From: Octopus vulgaris
Taxonomy: Eukaryota
Length of the DNA stretch: 64,000 nucleotides
Direction of reading: 5' to 3'
Assembly: GCA_951406725.2 (NCBI GenBank)
Contig: OX597832.1
Span: forward strand, 2,542,001-2,606,000
Below, piece by piece: positions 62,798 through 64,000 of the stretch. Position numbers and translations under genes: made by a program. Positions within the stretch are counted from its first letter, which is position 1. Every line of letters starts with the position of its first letter. The notes below the pieces were generated by a model, which saw nothing but the letters and a program-made list of their open reading frames with translations, ran no database searches and was not told where the DNA came from.

Positions 62798-63543
62798 AGG
62801 CCTGACCAGCAACCGGGACCTTTGGAAATATGCTGTACGTGAGAAGACCAGGCAGGACAAGTGAGCCCAGCCCACTTATGAATGCCTTTCCTCCCTTGGA
62901 CACAAAGACCTGTTGAGGCAAACGAAGTCGATATAGAACCTCATCCGACGACAGGCACCCATGCCAACCCCCTTTGCTTGCGAAGACATGTTGGGGCAAG
63001 CGAAATCAAAATCGAATTGAACCAGCCAGGATCCCTGGTCTGGTGGTATGTAAAAAGCACTATCCGACTTGTAGCCGATGCCAGCGCCGCCTCCACTGGC
63101 TTCCGTGCCGGTGGCACGTAAAATACACCAATCTGACCGTACGACAGGCACCCATGCTTGCGAAGACATGTTGGAGCAAGCGAAAGCGAAATCGAATTGA
63201 ACCAGCCAGGATCCCTGGTCTGGTGGTACGTAAAAAGCACTATCCGACTCGTGGCCGATGCCAGCGCCGCCTCGACTGGCTTCCGTGCCGGTGGCACATA
63301 AAATACACCAATCCGACCGTGGCCGTTGCCAGCCTCGCCTGGCACCTGTGCAGGTGGCACGTAAAAAGCACCCACTACACTCACGGAGTGGTTGGCGTTA
63401 GGAAGGGCATCCAGCTGTAGAAACATTGCCAGATAAGACTGGAGCCTGGTGCAGCCTTCTGGCTTCCCAGATCCCCGGTCGAACCGTCCAACCCATGCTA
63501 GCATGGAGAACAGACGTTAAACGATGATGATGATGATGATGAT
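62798..63543 (+). mobile_element. RTE 3' end with an internal ~180-bp tandem duplication
   Basis: Last codons [16 protein letters not shown], duplicated UTR block (about 62950-63140 and 63140-63320), and a (GAT)n tail. A short - strand 3' end lies at 62669-62766. Confidence 0.85.
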
Positions 63544-63570
63544 ATATGTATATATATATATGTATATGTA

Positions 63571-63640
<70 letters not shown>

Positions 63641-64000
63641 TATACAGATAGATGATTCAAAGGAGGCAGACAGAAAGAAAAGCACGAGTCATTCATGGCC
63701 TTTCGTCAGTCAAATTACCAGATGTCCTTACAGTTCTGGGCAGTTACACTTGAGAATGTTTGATCTAGTTTCCCTCAAAAAAGGTCTAAGCTAAGGGCAT
63801 TAAATTTTTTTGTAAGAAAGCTAGTAAATGTGTGCAACAACAAAGACAAAAAAACCCCAGAGAACATGGTACACAATTACAAATACAAACAACAAGAATA
63901 TAACAACAGGTGACTTTCGACTGAGGACGAATCAAACTGAGCTGGTGTGTATAAAGTGAAAGCTTAAAGGCAGGAACGTAGGAGATGGACATAAGAGGAG

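Overview
This is eukaryotic, AT-rich, microsatellite-dense genomic DNA. The repeat landscape suggests an octopus or other cephalopod, which is an inference. The backbone is the 5' half of a spliced HADHA gene (mitochondrial trifunctional enzyme alpha subunit) on the + strand. Ten short GT-AG coding exons lie between 1819 and 61631, and none is in the ORF track. The two exons equivalent to human exons 5-6 are not visible and probably fall in the N gap at 40480-40579. A divergent first coding exon encoding a mitochondrial-type presequence starts 323 bp upstream on the - strand. It may be HADHB in the vertebrate-like head-to-head arrangement. The introns are packed with transposable elements: a near-intact RTE LINE (1045-aa ORF with a PHD-type finger), many truncated RTE copies, a Ty3/Gypsy element with target-site duplication and a predicted -1 frameshift site, hAT, Tc1/mariner, Helitrons, SINEs and Penelope-like remnants. 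The most notable signals are a degraded parvovirus NS1-like (SF3 helicase) endogenous viral element in a HADHA intron, several minimal hammerhead ribozymes including a sense-strand tandem pair, and perfect inverted duplications and hairpins in the pre-mRNA. All calls were read by eye. TE boundaries are approximate unless termini are quoted.
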